Source: Candidatus Sericytochromatia bacterium
GTDB taxonomy: Bacteria; Cyanobacteriota; Sericytochromatia; S15B-MN24; JAQBPE01
Direction: 5' to 3'
Assembly (NCBI GenBank): GCA_040400605.1
Contig: JBBAPZ010000019.1
Location: 1 to 20,811, forward strand
Length of the DNA stretch: 20,811 nt
Shown: positions 16,737 to 20,811 of the stretch, piece by piece
Numbering within the stretch: position 1 is the stretch's first letter
Layout of the letters: every line of letters begins with the position of its first letter
Translations under genes and position numbers: made by a program
The notes under the pieces: model-generated
What the model saw: only the letters and a program-made list of their open reading frames with translations
Databases searched by the model: none
Told to the model about the DNA's origin: nothing

Positions 16737-17936
16737 ATGCCCGCACCTTTGGTCTGCGTGTTGAAAGGAAACACCGGATTGCGTGACCGCCCCGACCAAG
16801 CCCGTTCAGGCTTGATCCCTGGAACCATCATCTTGGCGCTCATCTGCGGCGCAAGCAGCACGCCGGATGGGATCGCACCCGCCGCCGCCGCTGGTTTTGG
16901 CAAATTGAGGGTACAACCGAACCCCATCGCGCTGCAGGCAGGCACGCTGGTGGGCGCCGTGCGGGAATACCGGGTGCAGCGAGGGGATCGCATCAGCCAA
17001 CTGGCAGTCCGTTTTGGGATTCACCCCGTCCGCATTACGCAAACCGGCGCGCGCAAGTCGCGCGATCGCCTGCAAATCGGCGAAATTTTGCGCATCGACC
17101 ACCGCCAAATCATCCCCAAGTTTCCCGCAGGCCTCACAGGACTGGTCCTCAACCTGCCCGAAGCCCAACTGTACCTCCTCAAAAACGGCAAGCTCATCAA
17201 GGACTACCCCGTCGGCGTCTCCTCATCCCGCTCACGGGCCCCAATCGGTGTCTCGCGCATACTGAACAAAGAAATCAACCCCACCTGGTACGTTCCTGAA
17301 ACCATCCAGCAAGAAATGCGCGAACGCGGCGACACCGTCAAAGTAAAAGTCAAACCAGGCCCCCTCAACCCACTGGGCACACGCTGGCTCGGGTTCGGCA
17401 ACGGCCGCTTCGGCTTTCATGGCACCTTGTATCCCACCTCGATCAAGCAATATGCCTCCCACGGCTGCGTGCGCATGCGCCGCCCAGACGTCGAAGACCT
17501 CTACACCCGCGTCAATGTCGGGTTTAAGGTCTATGTCGTTTACCAACCCGTGCTTCTCGCCGGCGCACCCGACGGTGTTCACCTCTGCGCCTTTCCTGAT
17601 TTCTACCGCAGTGACTACAATTACCGCAGCGCCATCCAGCAACTCGCTCAAACAGCCAACTTAAGCCAACACCTCGACTGGCAACGCATCCCAAGCCTGA
17701 TCCGGCGCGCCGACGGCATTCCCGCCGTCGTGGATCGACGCTTTGCCCCGACAAGACCCGCATGGATCAAGCCACCAACTGACACCGCCCCCCCAAAAAC
17801 CACCCAACCCCAACCCAGAGCCACCCGCAAACCACCCACCCTCAGCCCGCCATCCCCATCAGACGATTACGAGCTTATCCCCCTATCCCCAGAAGAATTC
17901 ACCCCCTCAATCAACAACGATACAGAAACGCGTTGA
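16737..17936 (+). CDS. LysM + L,D-transpeptidase (ErfK/YcfS/YnhG-like) with Pro-rich tail
   Basis: LysM YRVQRGDRISQLAVRFGI; NPTWYVP, PGPLNPLG, GFHGT...ASHGCVRM. True start may be TTG 16812, just ahead of the hydrophobic signal. Confidence 0.9.
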   Translation: MPAPLVCVLKGNTGLRDRPDQARSGLIPGTIILALICGASSTPDGIAPAAAAGFGKLRVQPNPIALQAGTLVGAVREYRVQRGDRISQLAVRFGIHPVRITQTGARKSRDRLQIGEILRIDHRQIIPKFPAGLTGLVLNLPEAQLYLLKNGKLIKDYPVGVSSSRSRAPIGVSRILNKEINPTWYVPETIQQEMRERGDTVKVKVKPGPLNPLGTRWLGFGNGRFGFHGTLYPTSIKQYASHGCVRMRRPDVEDLYTRVNVGFKVYVVYQPVLLAGAPDGVHLCAFPDFYRSDYNYRSAIQQLAQTANLSQHLDWQRIPSLIRRADGIPAVVDRRFAPTRPAWIKPPTDTAPPKTTQPQPRATRKPPTLSPPSPSDDYELIPLSPEEFTPSINNDTETR

Positions 17937-18300
17937 TGGTTGATCAAATTTTGGCCGTGATTCAATAACAATCAGTCAGTGCTTGATGTTTTGAACAAAA
18001 ACCTATGCATCGATGTATCATCAATCTGACACACCCAAGCCCAAACTCGAAACCTCAAGACCCGGCCATCCGACAGCCACCCCGGCATGAAAAATTGTGA
18101 CCAACAAAACTTGCCGTTTCAGCCCAAGGCAGCCGTACACCCAAACAACAACCAAAATCCCATGTCAACCGCTTTTCAATGCCACGCTGTATCGAACAAT
18201 CGGTTCACTACGGGACAAACAGCCATTCAGTCGAGCCGATAGACCGCCGCACCGGCAAAGGCTGACACCGCAAGCTATACACAACCCAGCCAACCCTGAC

Positions 18301-18332
18301 TTGACAGACTGTATACAAATAAAGTATACGGT
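18301..18332 (+). promoter_or_regulatory. sigma70-like promoter overlapped by a palindromic operator
   Basis: TTGACA 18301-18306, 18-nt spacer, TATACG 18325-18330. Inverted repeat ACTGTATAC-N7-GTATACGGT (18308-18332). Confidence 0.6.
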
Positions 18333-18433
18333 TTATAGATCTTTTTCAGATCGTTTTTGATGCCGATATGATTGTGGGGAATTCATTTCGGGTAGGTGTG
18401 GGTTAGCGGTTGGTGTGAGTGTGGAGGAACGAG

Positions 18434-19897
18434 ATGCGGCAGTGGGTGTGGGGTTTGGCCTTGACGGTTGGTTTGTCGGGGTGTCAGTTGATGCCGACAT
18501 TTCCGGATGGAAAACAAGTGACAGGTGGTGGTGGCGCGACCTCGCGTGAGTTTCCCGATGTGATTCAAGGGTTGAACTTTCGGGATTTGAGTTCAGCGGG
18601 CCAGGGCTTGATCGCCAATGGTGGTGGTAATTTGGTTGGAAGCAATGGGAATACGTTGGTGCGTGCGGGTGCGGTGCAGCCGGGTGCGGCGCCGGCTGCT
18701 GCGCCTGTTATGGGTACGGATATGGCGGTGATGGCGCCAACCGGCAAGGTGGCGGCGGAGGCTGGCAAGGTGAGCCCGAGCGGGGGCGGTGGTGCTCACA
18801 GCGGGAATGTTTGGGGTGGTTTGGGTTATGGTTATTACGGTTATTTTGGGGGTTCGGGCGAGCAGATGGCGCTTGTGTCGGCTCAGGAGGCTGAGTTGCC
18901 TGGGAGCAAGGGTGGCTTGCAGGAGATTATGAACACGATTGCGGCGCCGGTGTTGAAGAATTGGGCGACGGATGCGCGTTTGGTGTCGTCGTTTGCCACG
19001 TTGGGGGCGGATGGGTTGCTAGCGGAGGGAGTTGATTCCGATACGTCGATCGGATCGCCCATCGGGATGGTCAAGCCGGCTGTGGCGATTGCGTTGCCTG
19101 ATCGCGGTGGCCCGGTTGTTGAGCCGGGTGGCATGTGGTCGTTGATCTACAACTCGACGCGTCGCAACGAGGTGTTGCAGTTCCATGTGCGCCGGAGCAA
19201 GACAACGGTCATTCGCATGCGTTTTGCGCCTGTGCAGCTCGTCGCGGAGCGGGTACAGGTGGATTCGGCGGAGGCGGTCAAGCGGTTGACGAAGGCCATC
19301 ACGGATAAAGCTTTCCAGAGCATCGAGGAAAAGTCGCGCAAGGATTATTTCACCGGCCAGTCGTTTGAACAGCCCCAGACGGGCCAATGGGATAATGAGT
19401 ACTCACGCACGGAAGTTGTGTATGCGGTACCGGGCAAGGCACGCTGGAACGCGTCGCTTGAACAGAGTCTGGGCAAACTGGTCTGGCAGTTGAACTTTTA
19501 TTCGTCTGAAGGTGGCGATGTTCCCGTCCCGATGATGGGTGATGCTGAGCCCGGTGCCGTATCAAGTAGTACCTCAGCGGTGTCGGAGTCGGAACCTGGT
19601 GTTTCGGGTGGGAGTGCCGGGATGATTGCACCGGCGCCATGTGTTCCGAGCTTCAAGCCGGGAACGCAGTGGCGGCAAGGTTGGTTCAACAATTCAGGCA
19701 GTGGCCTCATCGATGCGCAGACGGGTGAAGTCATTCGCTTTAGCCGACCGACCCGTTCGTTCTACCGCGACGGCAAAGGCGTGGTAATGCCGATCGAGTG
19801 CGCGCCATCTGCTGTGCCCTTGCCCGTGCCGTCCGCGGCGACGACGCCCACACCAACGTCCGCGCCGAATTCGTCGTCTGGCTCGGGTGCGTCTTAA
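18434..19897 (+). CDS. hypothetical lipoprotein with LIANGGGN-type repeat and PepSY-like C-terminal motif
   Basis: GGAGGA RBS then ATG 18434; lipobox LSGC; LIANGGGN-LVGSNGNT at 18608-18655; LVWQLNF...GLIDAQTGEVI. Confidence 0.85.
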   Translation: MRQWVWGLALTVGLSGCQLMPTFPDGKQVTGGGGATSREFPDVIQGLNFRDLSSAGQGLIANGGGNLVGSNGNTLVRAGAVQPGAAPAAAPVMGTDMAVMAPTGKVAAEAGKVSPSGGGGAHSGNVWGGLGYGYYGYFGGSGEQMALVSAQEAELPGSKGGLQEIMNTIAAPVLKNWATDARLVSSFATLGADGLLAEGVDSDTSIGSPIGMVKPAVAIALPDRGGPVVEPGGMWSLIYNSTRRNEVLQFHVRRSKTTVIRMRFAPVQLVAERVQVDSAEAVKRLTKAITDKAFQSIEEKSRKDYFTGQSFEQPQTGQWDNEYSRTEVVYAVPGKARWNASLEQSLGKLVWQLNFYSSEGGDVPVPMMGDAEPGAVSSSTSAVSESEPGVSGGSAGMIAPAPCVPSFKPGTQWRQGWFNNSGSGLIDAQTGEVIRFSRPTRSFYRDGKGVVMPIECAPSAVPLPVPSAATTPTPTSAPNSSSGSGAS

Positions 19898-20038
19898 GAG
19901 ACTGCCAATTTCCCTGTTGCGCTGATACCGCATCGGCACGACAGGGAGAGCCCGACCAATTCGATGCCCACCGCTTGGTAAGTCCTGTGCGTGCCGTCAC
20001 TGATCGCGTGGCGGCACGCAGGCTTGTCAGGCGATCGC

Positions 20039-20242
20039 TTAACCTGGGTTCGATGGATCCTCTTCCGGTGCGATGTACTGAATGTGATCACGAAACACCA
20101 TCACACTGCGGTGCGAACCCGCGAGCTTGACGCTCGCGTTGCCGTGCTCCTTGAGGTATCCCAACCACTTCACATACGAATAATCGCTCTCAAACTCAAC
20201 GCGCAGGCGCTCTTGGCTGAAATGAATCGTGGCTTCTAGCAT
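20039..20242 (-). CDS. small hypothetical protein (67-68 aa), possibly Sm/Hfq-like
   Basis: Protein-like composition; GAGAG upstream of GTG/ATG (20245/20242); C-terminal VMVFRDHIQYIAP. Confidence 0.55.
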   Translation of the reverse strand: MLEATIHFSQERLRVEFESDYSYVKWLGYLKEHGNASVKLAGSHRSVMVFRDHIQYIAPEEDPSNPG

Positions 20243-20530
20243 CACTTGACTCTCTTGAATAATCCCCGTTTGCCGCCAGCAGTCTAGATCGATTCAACCA
20301 GCGATTGCCGTGATCAGATGCACGAGCATTCGACACGATACACAGCATTCAATGATGGCGCTTTAACGCGATGGTCCCACCCGTGACAACGCTTTCGATT
20401 ACCAAACTGTTCGCAGGTAAAGCACGTCGACCCAACCATCGCCTTCGCATTTTAAACACTTTTGTGTTAACCGCTGGTCGATCCAGCACGCACAGGTTCA
20501 GTTAAAGGCCACGAATTTTTTAACGCATGA

Positions 20531-20572
20531 AAAAAACGAGCGTGACGGTTTAGAGCGTCACGCTCGTTTTTT
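20531..20572. terminator. bidirectional intrinsic terminator
   Basis: Perfect 17-bp inverted repeat AAAAAACGAGCGTGACG / CGTCACGCTCGTTTTTT with an 8-nt loop. Confidence 0.85.
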
Positions 20573-20732
20573 CGGCTGTGATCCTTCTGAAACAAGAATC
20601 AATAAACCTTGTCATGAAGCCGCATGGAATGTTGACGTTGTTGCTGAGACGTTTCTGACGTGTGGCGGGAACCATAAAAATACTGTGTACGTCAATCACA
20701 CTGTCATCAAAATAACAGCATCAACCAATCGG

Positions 20733-20811
20733 TTATTTACTTTTCTGAATCATTAATTTGGCTTCGATGTACCCGTCGGAATAGGGGAAGGCCTCAGGGT
20801 ACCCGTCGGCA
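20733..20811 (-). CDS. 3' end of a CDS entering from the right edge (...ADGYPEAFPYSDGYIEAKLMIQKSK*)
   Basis: Open frame to TAA at 20735-20733; terminator about 160 bp downstream. Confidence 0.45.
   Translation of the reverse strand, partial: ADGYPEAFPYSDGYIEAKLMIQKSK

Noticed and set aside
16635..16799. Overlap between the MTase and LysM-LDT ORFs
   Set aside because: An artefact of longest-ORF start calling; better starts leave a divergent intergenic gap.
14244..18207. CGAAC-Nx-GTTCA sites (14244, 18193) as LexA Cheo boxes
   Set aside because: Spacers are 6 and 5 nt rather than the canonical 4, and they are inconsistent.

Overview
GC-rich bacterial chromosomal window. The LIANGGGN/LVGNDAAS-repeat lipoproteins suggest a Sericytochromatia-like lineage, but that is recall and was not verified. 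Left to right it holds: a small helical hypothetical protein; a PilB/GspE-family protein with an intact MshEN c-di-GMP motif but a degenerate catalytic core; pdp; Mn-type SOD; exonuclease III; two tandem paralogous ~635-aa lipoproteins; a divergent Ser/Thr kinase-NTPase-helical repeat protein; tRNA-Ser(TGA); a PG-binding L,D-transpeptidase; an orphan type III Mod-like methyltransferase; a LysM L,D-transpeptidase; a third lipoprotein with a PepSY-like C-terminus; a small possibly Sm/Hfq-like ORF; a strong bidirectional terminator; and the 3' end of a truncated CDS. Four signals stand out. (1) A variable-copy 8-residue Asn/Gly repeat is shared by three lipoproteins, one otherwise unrelated. (2) The tandem paralogs share a 272-bp perfectly identical tract while their C-termini are diverged. 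(3) The PilB-like protein looks like a c-di-GMP-sensing pseudo-ATPase. (4) G/C strand skew flips at kilobase scale independently of gene orientation. No CRISPR array, transposase or integrase was seen.
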